NCBI GenBank assembly: GCA_965199855.1
Contig: OZ241326.1
Coordinates: forward strand, 2,720,001-2,784,000
DNA length: 64,000 nt
From: a bacterium
GTDB taxonomy: Bacteria > UBA8248
Reading direction: 5' to 3'
The notes beneath the pieces were generated by a model. That model had not been told where the DNA came from. It did not search any database and saw only the letters and a program-made list of their open reading frames with translations. Shown piece by piece: positions 27,749-36,990 of the stretch. The stretch's first letter is position 1; each line of letters starts with the position of its first letter. The position numbers and the translations under genes were made by a program.

Positions 27749-29914
27749 CTAGGTACTCTCTTTCTCGTCTGTTATAGGATTTGCCGTGAATTTATTGATC
27801 TGCACTGGCACTATATATGGGTTGGATAAACAACGCATCCGCAAAAAGCCGGTATCCGGCACCCTCAGAATTTGATCAACGAACATCTCAAAGTCGTAGT
27901 ATTTCCTCAACTCCCGTGTTTCGTCCCGGTTGTTCAAGTGCGCCACAAACCAGTTGTCGGTGTTCTTCAAGATGTTCGCCAAAATAGAGCTTGGCTCTTG
28001 GGTGGAATACATCAAACCAATGCGGAACTTAGAGCCTTCTTTGGCTGTCCGCGCCCATATTGAGTCTAATTCAGCATTTTGAGAGGGAAGCAAATTGTGG
28101 GCTTCCTCAACATACACAATTACATCCGGCGGCGGCGTGATGTTGCCGTTATCATCTCGGAGAAGCTCTCCGTCCGCGCCGCGCGGCGGATTTGTGAAGA
28201 CTTCCCTCTGACGGCCGAAAAGCTCCCACATGATGCGTTCAGATGTGTGCTTAATTTCAGCCGGTGCACCAATCGACTGGTCAACAATGACCAAGTTACC
28301 ACGAACAAGCTCATCAACAATTTCCGTGGAATAGTCGGCCCCGACGGCCGGACTGTGCCGCTCTTGCAACTCCCGTATTCTGCCGACCCCTCCTGCCCAA
28401 CTCAAAAGAGAAAGCAATCCGTTCAAAGTGTCGTCATTCCACGGCTTGCCCCTTTTGGCTTGATACTTCTTGTTAAATTCCTGAAATGCACTATTACCCG
28501 TCCCTTGTCGGCCTCCTATAACGAACTCTTGAAAAGCCGTTAGCGCTTGATGTAATTCGTTCCATGAAACGCTTGCCTTCTCGAAAGTATGGGCGACCCC
28601 TTGATATTTGGCTTCATTGGTAGATTGCAGGGCTTTTATTAACTCGTTACTAAAAAGCCCTTTGATACTGGCTTCTCGCAGGTTGGGCGGCGCACTAAAA
28701 TTGGCCGCGGCGAGTATGGCTCTATACAATGTGATGTTGCGCCGAAAGCGAGTTTGAGTCCCTCTGTCCCAATCATCGGCAAGGGCTTCTATATTGGTAT
28801 TGATGAATCTGCTAACGTATTGGGCGTCAGACCGGACCCGAAGATGCTCGTCAATTATTCCTTTCCCGGCGAAGAGCATGACCAGAGCGGAGCGGACAGC
28901 TTCCTTATCGCTCCAGTCTCCGATGCCTTCACCAAAGAAGTTCAGCTTGATCAAACGCCGGCCTGAATCGTTAGGGTGCTCAAAGAGTCCGTAGGTCACA
29001 ACATCATCCAAGCCAATGTTGCGCAGACACCCGGCATCCTGCGGATTGTCGTTAGCGTATTCTCCGTTCACATCGAAAATCAGTTGGCCGATGCGCCCTT
29101 TGTTCGGATCAATCTTTCGCAGATCGAATATGGCGGATGAAAGAGTTTTAATGGTGTTTGATTTACCGCTACGGCTCATCCCGAAAAGCGCGGTGCGCCG
29201 AGCCAACATATCTGTTGGTTCAATATGGACGGAGACGTTTTCGCGATTTTCGTCAACTGCAATTTCACTGGAGGAATAGCGAACTCGCCCAACTGGGACA
29301 GGATGTCCAGCGAGCGGATGCAAGACGCCCATAGGCTTGGTGAAGTTAACTATGTTGTATAACGCAGTGTCTATCGGTTTGTATACCTTCATCCCCTGCC
29401 CGGAATAAAAATTGGAGATGTCAGCACCAAAGGTAGGCTCCCATTTATCGCTATTTTTATCATGGGCATATCGAAAAGTTCCCAGCACGCTACAACGCAC
29501 TCCCGCATGCCGTAGTTGATTCAACGTGAATTGATCGGTGTTGCTGTCTGCATCCCACTGCTTAGAAGAATCAATGGAGCGACGCGCCGCATCAAAACGC
29601 CATTGGTCTGTATCCGTTCGATTGGGTAAAGATGAATGTCCTAAGACGCGAAGCAAGATGAGTGCAGTGTCTTCCTGATCTGATCGGGGTTTGGTGTCCG
29701 GCTCTACCCTCGTAGCAAGCAAGAAGCACCCCATTGGCAATCCGCCTACCTCTTGCCTCTGTGCATCATGGACTAGAACGGTCGCCTCTGTATAATCAAG
29801 CGACAATAAGTCGCCAACCCTTTCATCTTCTTTGATCCATGCCGCTAATTTACCGCCGTATTCTTCGGCCCTAGCTCTCTCAAAGTCTCTTCCCTCTTGA
29901 TCAATCAATGCCAT
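27749..29914 (-). CDS. herA: HerA/DUF87-family helicase-like ATPase
   Basis: Walker A GMSRSGKS, Walker B YVEEAHN, AKEGSKF and STQEPS motifs; beta-rich N-terminal (HAS-barrel-like) region. Confidence 0.85.
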   Translation of the reverse strand: MALIDQEGRDFERARAEEYGGKLAAWIKEDERVGDLLSLDYTEATVLVHDAQRQEVGGLPMGCFLLATRVEPDTKPRSDQEDTALILLRVLGHSSLPNRTDTDQWRFDAARRSIDSSKQWDADSNTDQFTLNQLRHAGVRCSVLGTFRYAHDKNSDKWEPTFGADISNFYSGQGMKVYKPIDTALYNIVNFTKPMGVLHPLAGHPVPVGRVRYSSSEIAVDENRENVSVHIEPTDMLARRTALFGMSRSGKSNTIKTLSSAIFDLRKIDPNKGRIGQLIFDVNGEYANDNPQDAGCLRNIGLDDVVTYGLFEHPNDSGRRLIKLNFFGEGIGDWSDKEAVRSALVMLFAGKGIIDEHLRVRSDAQYVSRFINTNIEALADDWDRGTQTRFRRNITLYRAILAAANFSAPPNLREASIKGLFSNELIKALQSTNEAKYQGVAHTFEKASVSWNELHQALTAFQEFVIGGRQGTGNSAFQEFNKKYQAKRGKPWNDDTLNGLLSLLSWAGGVGRIRELQERHSPAVGADYSTEIVDELVRGNLVIVDQSIGAPAEIKHTSERIMWELFGRQREVFTNPPRGADGELLRDDNGNITPPPDVIVYVEEAHNLLPSQNAELDSIWARTAKEGSKFRIGLMYSTQEPSSILANILKNTDNWFVAHLNNRDETRELRKYYDFEMFVDQILRVPDTGFLRMRCLSNPYIVPVQINKFTANPITDEKEST

Positions 29915-30009
29915 TCTTCACCTCAGAATAGAAATAACGATTTTTTCCAACACACAAAGAATAATTGCTTAATTCGCCTCCCCCCCTCAATACCCATCGT
30001 CGGCGTAAT

Positions 30010-30104
30010 TCCCCGGTGTGGGCGTGGCGCCGGTGGCCATGGCAGCCGAGCGTCCTGACGTTGTGCTCATCCGACATGATGACGAGCAGGTTCATCGGCT
30101 CCAT
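30010..30104 (-). pseudogene. Truncated sulfatase N-terminus
   Basis: MEPMNLLVIMSDEHNVRTLGCHGH matches the sulfatase start (N.L.I.SD.H..LGCYG), then runs into the islet. Confidence 0.6.
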
Positions 30105-30150
30105 ATCGAAGGCTCTCCCATCGGAGGGCGCCCCCGGGGCGCGCGGCGCG

Positions 30151-31026
30151 CTACATGTGGGGCCACACGGGGTCGGGCCGGACGCCGAGCGGCCCCGAGG
30201 GGTGCTCCTCCAGATAATCATAGACGTTGCCCAGCCCCCCTTTTCGCAGCATCGTGAGGCGCTCTCCCATGTGATCGTTGCTCTTGAGGTCGGTCTCATA
30301 GACCTCGAATACTCTCGCGCAAACCTCCTCCCGGCTCAGCCCCTCGCCCTTCAGGGCCCTGACCTTCTCGATCAGCGCGTGGAGCTTCTCGCGCTGGCGC
30401 GGCAGCTCGTCCTTCCCGCAGGGCCGCCCGTGTCCGGGGACGTACCAGTCCACGTCCAGCACCTCGAGCATCCCCAGCGACTGGAACCAGCCCCACACGT
30501 CGGCCGAGTGGCACGCCACGTTGTAGGCGGGCGTCAGGTTGTCCGCCGTGAAGGCGACGCGATCCTCCACCGCGTGGACGATGGTCTGTCCGCGCGTGTG
30601 GCCGGGGGAATGGATGAGAATGAACGTCTTGCCGCCCATGCGAATCGTCATCCGCTCCCTGTAGGTGACGTCGGGGGGGCGGAGCTCGAAGCCATCGAGC
30701 AGCGCCTCGCTCCCGGGGTCGTATTTGAGCATCCGCTCCCTGCCCTCGGCCGCCGTGGCGATGGACGCGTAGAAGTCCGCGTTCGTGCCCTCGCTCGCAA
30801 TGATCGTCTCGGGCTGAAGGAGCCAGTTGCCCGCGATGTGATCCTGGTGGTGCTCCGTGTTGACGAGGTAGCGAAGCGGGCCCTTCTCCCGGATGAAGCC
30901 GCGCCAGGCGACCGCCTCCGAGGGCCGCATGGGGCCGTCTATGGCGAGGACGCCCTCATCGGTCGCCGCCATGCCCACCGTCGGGTAGCAGTCGTAGAAA
31001 AAGACGCTTTCGGTCAGCTGCTCCAA
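30151..31026 (-). CDS. MBL-fold metallo-hydrolase
   Basis: TEHHQDH, PGHT, FTAD, VPGHG; TTG start after AGAGG. Confidence 0.82.
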   Translation of the reverse strand: MEQLTESVFFYDCYPTVGMAATDEGVLAIDGPMRPSEAVAWRGFIREKGPLRYLVNTEHHQDHIAGNWLLQPETIIASEGTNADFYASIATAAEGRERMLKYDPGSEALLDGFELRPPDVTYRERMTIRMGGKTFILIHSPGHTRGQTIVHAVEDRVAFTADNLTPAYNVACHSADVWGWFQSLGMLEVLDVDWYVPGHGRPCGKDELPRQREKLHALIEKVRALKGEGLSREEVCARVFEVYETDLKSNDHMGERLTMLRKGGLGNVYDYLEEHPSGPLGVRPDPVWPHM

Positions 31027-31066
31027 TCGTCCATCCTCTTGAACGGCGTCCGCGAGGACGCTCCGC

Positions 31067-31951
31067 CTAATCGCCCAGCCCCGCCTCGCGCTCGAACCAC
31101 TCTCGTATGGCGCCCTGATCCAGCGCGCCGAGCCCCATGTCCATCGCCCCCTGATAAGCCTTTTCAACCGCGTCCGTCAGCGGCAGGGGAGCGCCGTTCG
31201 AGCGGGCGAACTCCCGGATGAGGCCCAGGTCCTTGCGCATGAGGGCGAGCGAGAACTTCACGGGCTCGTATTCCTTTTTTCGCAGGCCGCGGCCGCGCGC
31301 GCGCATCACGCCGAAGACCGTGCTCGAGTAGAGATATTCCATCATCTGATCCGGGTCGAGGCCCGACTTCACCCCGAGGGTGAATCCTTCCGCCAGCGCG
31401 CACAGCTGGCACGAGACGAGCTGGTTCGTGATGAGCTTCATTCTCAGCCCCGAGCCGTTGGGGCCGAAATGGTCGAGCAGTTCGCACACGCTGTCCAGCA
31501 CCCTGCGGTGCGCGTCCAGCACCTCCCGGTCGCCTCCCACCATGAGGCCGATTTTCGCGTCGCGCGCGATGATCGCGTTCCCGCTGATGGGGGTGTCCAG
31601 AAAATGAAAGCCGCGGGCCCCGGCCTCCTCCGCGATGGCGATGCTCTCCTCGGGCAGGATGGTCGAGAAATCGAAGCAGACGGCGCCCTCCCCGGCGGCG
31701 AGCAGCGCGCCGCGCTCCCCCAGATAGGCGTCGCGCGCCTGCGCGCCCGTGGGCACCGCGCTGCAGACGTAATCCGCGCCCCGCGCCGCCCCGGCGGGAG
31801 AGTCGAAAGCGCGGACGCCCGCCTCCTTCGCCGCCTTCCGGGCGGCCGGGGCCGGATCGAAGCCCGCGACCTCGAAGCCCGCCCTCACGAGATTCGCCGC
31901 AATGGCGCCGCCCATGTTGCCCAGGCCCAGAAACGCGACTTTTTCAGCCAA
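31067..31951 (-). CDS. NAD(P)-dependent oxidoreductase, 3-hydroxyisobutyrate dehydrogenase family
   Basis: AFLGLGNMG, FLDTPISG, MKLITN. Confidence 0.88.
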   Translation of the reverse strand: MAEKVAFLGLGNMGGAIAANLVRAGFEVAGFDPAPAARKAAKEAGVRAFDSPAGAARGADYVCSAVPTGAQARDAYLGERGALLAAGEGAVCFDFSTILPEESIAIAEEAGARGFHFLDTPISGNAIIARDAKIGLMVGGDREVLDAHRRVLDSVCELLDHFGPNGSGLRMKLITNQLVSCQLCALAEGFTLGVKSGLDPDQMMEYLYSSTVFGVMRARGRGLRKKEYEPVKFSLALMRKDLGLIREFARSNGAPLPLTDAVEKAYQGAMDMGLGALDQGAIREWFEREAGLGD

Positions 31952-31963
31952 GCCCGCCCCTCC

Positions 31964-33049
31964 TCAAGCGCCGTATTTTCGTATGGCGCGCTCGGTGAAT
32001 TCCACCCCGTGCCCCGGCGCGTCGGGAACCTCCATGCAGCCGTCCACGACGGGAAAATCCCGCGTCAGCGCGTCCGGGGGGAGGAGCTCCATATACTCCA
32101 CCATGCGGCCGCCGGGCGTCGCGGCGACGAGGCTCACGGATACCTCCTGGAGCAGATGGCTGCACAGCGAAAGATTCCAGGCTTCCGCCAGATGCGCCGC
32201 CCTGCGAAATTCCGTCACGCCGCCGCAGCGGCCCACGTCGGGCTGGAGGAACGAGGCCGCCCTCCTTTCGCAAATCTCCCGAAAGCCCCAGCGCATATAA
32301 GCGTTCTCTCCCGCGGCGACGGGCACGGGACTTCTTCGCGCCACCCGCGCCAGATCGTCCACGGAATCCGCCGGGACGGGCTCCTCGAACCACTCGACGC
32401 CGTATTCGGCGAGCATCGCCGCCGCTTCGAGCGCCTCGCGCGGGCTGTATTTCTGGTTCGCGTCCGCGAGCAGAGCGATTCCCTCGCCCACCTCCCTTCT
32501 CAGGACGCGGATGCGCTCCTCGTCCCGCTCCGTTCCCAGCTTGAGCTTGTAGGCGCCGATTCCCTTCTCCATGAAGCCCCGGCATTCCTCGACCATCTCC
32601 GCGTCCGTGAGCGTGAGCCAGCCTCCGCTTCCATAGACGGGAACCCTGCTTCTGAAGCCGCCCAGGACGCGGGAAAGCGGCGTCCCCGCCGCCTTCGCGA
32701 GCGCGTCCCAGCAGGCGGCGTCCACCGCGGAGAGCGCCTGAACGCCCAGGCCGCCCCGCATTCTCGCCTTGTTCGGCCCCCAAAGGCGCAGCCAAAGCGC
32801 CTCGGGCGCGAGCGCGTCGCGCCCCACCGCCAGCGGCGCCAGCTCCTTCTCCACGTAAGGGACAAGCGCGGTCGAGGCCTCCCCGCCCAGGCTCATCACG
32901 AAGCCGCAGCCTGTCGGGCCGTTTTCGGTACGGAGAAGAACCAGCAGATAATCCAGCGCCGCTTTCGCCCCGCTCGCGCTTCCTATCGGGCGCGCCAGGG
33001 GAATCCTGAGCGACTTCGCCTCTATTTCCGCGATTTTCAGCCCGGCCAT
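31964..33049 (-). CDS. Mandelate racemase/muconate lactonizing enzyme family
   Basis: YKLK, DANQ, WFEEP, AGEN, QPDVGRCGG. Confidence 0.9.
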   Translation of the reverse strand: MAGLKIAEIEAKSLRIPLARPIGSASGAKAALDYLLVLLRTENGPTGCGFVMSLGGEASTALVPYVEKELAPLAVGRDALAPEALWLRLWGPNKARMRGGLGVQALSAVDAACWDALAKAAGTPLSRVLGGFRSRVPVYGSGGWLTLTDAEMVEECRGFMEKGIGAYKLKLGTERDEERIRVLRREVGEGIALLADANQKYSPREALEAAAMLAEYGVEWFEEPVPADSVDDLARVARRSPVPVAAGENAYMRWGFREICERRAASFLQPDVGRCGGVTEFRRAAHLAEAWNLSLCSHLLQEVSVSLVAATPGGRMVEYMELLPPDALTRDFPVVDGCMEVPDAPGHGVEFTERAIRKYGA

Positions 33050-33090
33050 CCGGCGCATTCCTTCCCGCTTCACGCCCCAAACGCGGCAAA

Positions 33091-33124
33091 GGCTGCGGAG
33101 GAGCCGAAAGACGCCTCCGCAGCC
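33091..33124. terminator. Intergenic hairpin
   Basis: GGCTGCGGAGG...CCTCCGCAGCC. Confidence 0.45.
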
Positions 33125-33145
33125 CCGGAAGTCGGGTCCGCAAAT

Positions 33146-34156
33146 CTAGTTCATGTTCATGCTGGCCAGCGCCTTCTTGAGCGGGCCGGCCTCGATGCCC
33201 TCGCCTCCCGCGAAGTCCGGCAGGCGGCGAATCTTGCCCCGGCCCTTCTGCACCTTCGCCGTCGCGTTGAGGGCGTTGATGATGCGCGGGGTGATCTTGT
33301 AGAGCGGCCGCACCACCTCGACGGAGCGCCTGGCGATGGAGTAGTCCACCTTGCGGCCCTTGGAGATGAGCCACTTGTGATAGACCCTGGCGAACCTGTC
33401 GGGGTCCTTCTTCCAAAGCTGCGCGGACTTCAGATAGGCGCGCAGATACTTCACCACCCCTTCCGGGTTGCTCTTCAGCGTTCTGGGGTTGGCGAGCTCG
33501 ATGAAGATCATCGCCGGCGGATTGTCGTATTTGCAGTAATCGACGATGGGGCGGCCCCATTTCTTGTCCGTGAGGCGGAACGAGGTGGGCGCGCCGATGA
33601 CCATGGCGGAAACCACCTTCGCCCTGTAGGCGGAGAGGCGCTCCGCCGTCGTGGTGTTCATGATCTTGATATCCTTCGGCTTCATGCCGAAGGCGGGCAG
33701 GATGCCGTTGTCCAGGACGAAGTGCGTGGACGTGCCTTTTTTCTCGGCGATGGTCTTGCCCCGGAGATCGGCCACCGTCTTGATCGGGGAGTCCAGCGGC
33801 ACCCAGATGGAGATGGACTTGCACCAGGAGGAGCTGGCGGAAATCATCGTAAGCCCCGCCTTTTTGGCCACGCCGTCCACGTAGGGCCGCGTGGCGCCGT
33901 GGCCCACGTCGAGGCTGCGGGAGAGCAGCGCCTCGATGACGAGCTTGCCCTGCGGGAAAACCTTCACCGACCAGTTGCCCTTTCCGAATTCCTCATCGAA
34001 ATAGCCCATCCCCATGGCGACCGCCGTGAAGGAGCCGAACGTCTGGCGGTGCATCCCGATGCGGAACTTGGCCGCCTGCGCGTCGGTGGCGGCGAAGCCG
34101 GCGGGCATGAGGCCCAAGGCGAGAACCAGACACAGAAAACCCAGGGGCTTTTTCAT
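33146..34156 (-). CDS. ABC transporter substrate-binding protein (SsuA/TauA-like)
   Basis: Signal peptide; SPIKTVADLRGKTIA..GTSTH. Confidence 0.85.
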   Translation of the reverse strand: MKKPLGFLCLVLALGLMPAGFAATDAQAAKFRIGMHRQTFGSFTAVAMGMGYFDEEFGKGNWSVKVFPQGKLVIEALLSRSLDVGHGATRPYVDGVAKKAGLTMISASSSWCKSISIWVPLDSPIKTVADLRGKTIAEKKGTSTHFVLDNGILPAFGMKPKDIKIMNTTTAERLSAYRAKVVSAMVIGAPTSFRLTDKKWGRPIVDYCKYDNPPAMIFIELANPRTLKSNPEGVVKYLRAYLKSAQLWKKDPDRFARVYHKWLISKGRKVDYSIARRSVEVVRPLYKITPRIINALNATAKVQKGRGKIRRLPDFAGGEGIEAGPLKKALASMNMN

Positions 34157-34448
34157 CCTCTTTCCTCCTTCTTCGGGAAAACAGGAATGCGCGGCTTGCG
34201 GCGGCGCGCGGCGAACGGCTTCCCTGAACTGGATAGGGAGAGTATGCCACAGACGCGCCCGGATTGCATCAAGGCGAAGCGAGGAAAGCGGGCCTACGCG
34301 GGTCTATGCGGGCTTAAGCGGATTCAGGCGGGTTCAGGCGGAACCGCGCGCGGCTGCGCCGGCGCTTGCCGGAAGAAGCCATCGGGGGTATTCTCGCCCC
34401 GTTCGACAATTCCCGTTCGCGCCGACAAAAAAAGAGAAAGCGACCGCC

Positions 34449-35315
34449 ATGCGCCGCCTCTCCGAGCATCTGTATGCCGAGACCGCCTACGACTGGGCGA
34501 ACGTGGGCGCGGCCGTCACCGACAAGGGCGTCCTCCTGCTCGACTGCCCGGTGCGGCCGGGCGATTCGCGCGAATGGCAGAAAGCCGTCTCCCGCCTGAG
34601 CCCGCTGGGCGTCCGCTACCTCGTCGCCACCGACTATCACGGCGACCACACGACGGGCGCCGCCTTCATCGAGGGGGAGGTGAACTTCATCGCCCCCCGC
34701 CGCGTCCATGACGAGATCGCCGGCGGCGAGAACGCCTTCTCCAGGGAAATCTTCGTGAAAACGCTCAGAGACCGGGGGCATACGGACGAGGCGGACGAAA
34801 TCGAAGGCGCCGCCGTCCCCCTCCCCCAGTTCTGCTTCGAGGAGAGCCTCAGCCTGCATCTTCCGCCCCTCACCCTCGAGATTCACCGAAAGGGGGGGCA
34901 CTCGCCCGCGTGCGCCTCCGTTCTCGCGCCGGAGGAGGGCGTGCTCTTCGCCGGCGACGTCGTAATCAACGGCCCCTCGGCGGGGATGCGCGACGCTCGT
35001 CTGGGCGAGTGGATAGAGGCGCTCGCCTGGGTGGAGAGCCTCGACATAGAGACGATCGTCCCCGGCCACGGCGAGATATGCGGCAAGGAGGCGGCCCGCG
35101 AGCTGAAGGACCGCCTGAGCGGAATCATGGACGCCATGGCCGGGGCCGTCGCCGCCGGCAAGGAAAGGGCGGAGGCGGCGGCGGATCCGAAACTTCTCGA
35201 ATACTTCCACGCGGACGACTCGCTCGGCGAATACTGGCTCCGCCAGAGAAGGGACGCCTTCCGCGAGGGGCTCGAGCGCGCGTATGATGAAGCCGCGTCG
35301 GAGCGCCGTCGATAA
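34449..35315 (+). CDS. MBL-fold metallo-hydrolase
   Basis: TDYHGDH, GGHS, LFAGD, VPGHG. Confidence 0.82.
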   Translation: MRRLSEHLYAETAYDWANVGAAVTDKGVLLLDCPVRPGDSREWQKAVSRLSPLGVRYLVATDYHGDHTTGAAFIEGEVNFIAPRRVHDEIAGGENAFSREIFVKTLRDRGHTDEADEIEGAAVPLPQFCFEESLSLHLPPLTLEIHRKGGHSPACASVLAPEEGVLFAGDVVINGPSAGMRDARLGEWIEALAWVESLDIETIVPGHGEICGKEAARELKDRLSGIMDAMAGAVAAGKERAEAAADPKLLEYFHADDSLGEYWLRQRRDAFREGLERAYDEAASERRR

Positions 35316-35344
35316 AACCCCCGCCGCCCGGGAAGGAGGCGCGG

Positions 35345-35785
35345 ATGAAGGCGGAGGAGAAAAGGCTGGGGCGCATCTTTCGCGTCACGCTCGAGGCGGG
35401 CGATCGCTTCCACGCGAACCTCACCCGGTTCGTGAAGGAGAAGAACGTCCGCGCGGGTTCGGTGTTTCTCATCGGCGCCCTCTCCGAAACGAAGATGATC
35501 TCGGGCTTCAGGAGCATGGACGGCTACGACGTCGACCGCCTCCACTTCGAGGGCTGGCGCGAGCTCGTCGCCCTGGGGAACATCACCTGGCCCGCCGAGG
35601 CGCCCGCGGCCCTGGGCGATGAGCGGTGGGAGGAGCCGCAGCCCTACGTCCACGTGCACATGGCCATCAGCGGCGGCCCGGGCGAGCCGGAAAAAGTCCT
35701 GGCCGGCCACCTGAGCGACGGCGTCGTCAAGGGCGGGATGATCGTCGAAATCTACGAGCACCTGGACGCGGCGCCGGGCGCATGA
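35345..35785 (+). CDS. PPC/DUF296 domain protein
   Basis: IGAL, ELVALGNI, HVH, LAGHL. Confidence 0.82.
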   Translation: MKAEEKRLGRIFRVTLEAGDRFHANLTRFVKEKNVRAGSVFLIGALSETKMISGFRSMDGYDVDRLHFEGWRELVALGNITWPAEAPAALGDERWEEPQPYVHVHMAISGGPGEPEKVLAGHLSDGVVKGGMIVEIYEHLDAAPGA

Positions 35786-35838
35786 TTCCCCCCGCCACGT
35801 GGCTGCTTCAGCAGCGCCCGCCGGAGAAGGACGAACCG

Positions 35839-36990
35839 ATGAGCGAAGCCTCTCTCGACAGCCTTCCGTTCGCCCCCGGCGAGGATCCCTTCGTCGTGGA
35901 GCACGGGGGCTTCTACCGGCGCTGGCTCCACATGGTGGAGGACGTCGGGGAGCTCAGGCGCGCCGCGGCCTCCCTCGAGGGAACGACCGACGATCTCTGG
36001 ACGCCCCTCTGGCGCGGGCTCGGCGCGCGCTGCGAGGAGCGGGCGGAGGAGCTCGCCGCACGGGGGGAGGCGTCCGCCGCCCGCGAGAAGTTCCTCCACG
36101 CGAAAACCTGGTACAGCATCGCGCGCTTCCCCCGCCCCCTCACCCCGCTCAAGGAGGAGGCGAACCGCGACTGCATCCGCGCGTATCTGAAATCGTGCGA
36201 ATTCCTCGACCCGCCGCTCGAGGTCGTCCGGGTGGAATGCGAGGGGAAGTCCATCACCTCCCATTTCCGCGCGCCGGCGGAGGCGAGCGCGGGGCGGCCC
36301 GTCCCCGCCGTCCTCGTCATGTGCGGCGGGGACATGTTCAAGGAGGATCGCGGCTGGGCCGGAGAGATGGCGGTGGAGAACGGGCTGGCCGCCCTGGTGA
36401 TGGACGGCCCCGGCACGGGGGAGAACCCCTTTCCCTACGAGCCGCGCTCGGTGTCCGCGTGGAAGGCGGCGACAGACTGGCTCGCCGCCCGCCCCGAGGT
36501 GGACGCCGCGCGCATCGGCGCGTTCGGCATCAGCCGGGGCGGGCACTCCGTCATGCTGCTCGCCGGCTCCTGCCCCGAAAAGGTGAAGGCGGCCGTCGCC
36601 AGCGCGGGGCATCACTTCGGCTACCGCATGACGAGGGCGGAGATGGAGAACTTCGTGGAGAACGTCAACAGGCGCGCGGCATACGTCTTCGGCGCGCCGG
36701 GAGACGCGCCCTCCTTTCCCGGAACCACGGTCGAGAAGGAGGAGGCGCTGTTCGAGAAGTGGTCGCTCGGCGCGCTGGGGCTGGCGGAGAAGATCGTCTG
36801 CCCGATTCTGATGATCAACGGAAAGCAGGATCACCTCGCTCCGGTCGGGAACATCTACTACATGCTGGAGCGCGGCCCCGTCACGGGCCGGGAGGCGCGC
36901 ATCTACCCCGACGACGGCCATTGCGCCTTCAAATACTTCGACGAGTGGGCGCCGGCCTCGTTCCGCTGGCTGCGGGAGAAGCTGGGGTGA
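35839..36990 (+). CDS. Alpha/beta hydrolase (FrsA/DUF1100-like)
   Basis: DGPGTGE, nucleophile GISRGG, GKQD, GHC. Confidence 0.8.
   Translation: MSEASLDSLPFAPGEDPFVVEHGGFYRRWLHMVEDVGELRRAAASLEGTTDDLWTPLWRGLGARCEERAEELAARGEASAAREKFLHAKTWYSIARFPRPLTPLKEEANRDCIRAYLKSCEFLDPPLEVVRVECEGKSITSHFRAPAEASAGRPVPAVLVMCGGDMFKEDRGWAGEMAVENGLAALVMDGPGTGENPFPYEPRSVSAWKAATDWLAARPEVDAARIGAFGISRGGHSVMLLAGSCPEKVKAAVASAGHHFGYRMTRAEMENFVENVNRRAAYVFGAPGDAPSFPGTTVEKEEALFEKWSLGALGLAEKIVCPILMINGKQDHLAPVGNIYYMLERGPVTGREARIYPDDGHCAFKYFDEWAPASFRWLREKLG

Larger units (their letters stand above)
25290..30000 (-). mobile_element. Low-GC horizontally acquired islet (HerA-NurA-MTase); no integrase or transposase visible
   Basis: Abrupt fall in GC and change in codon style versus flanks (one counted line, 26521-26580, is 40% GC); truncated gene at right edge. 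Confidence 0.6.

Noticed and set aside
25282-29989. Inverted TGAGGGGGG at both islet ends as terminal repeats
   Set aside because: Only 9 bp and low complexity; no target-site duplication or transposase, so likely chance
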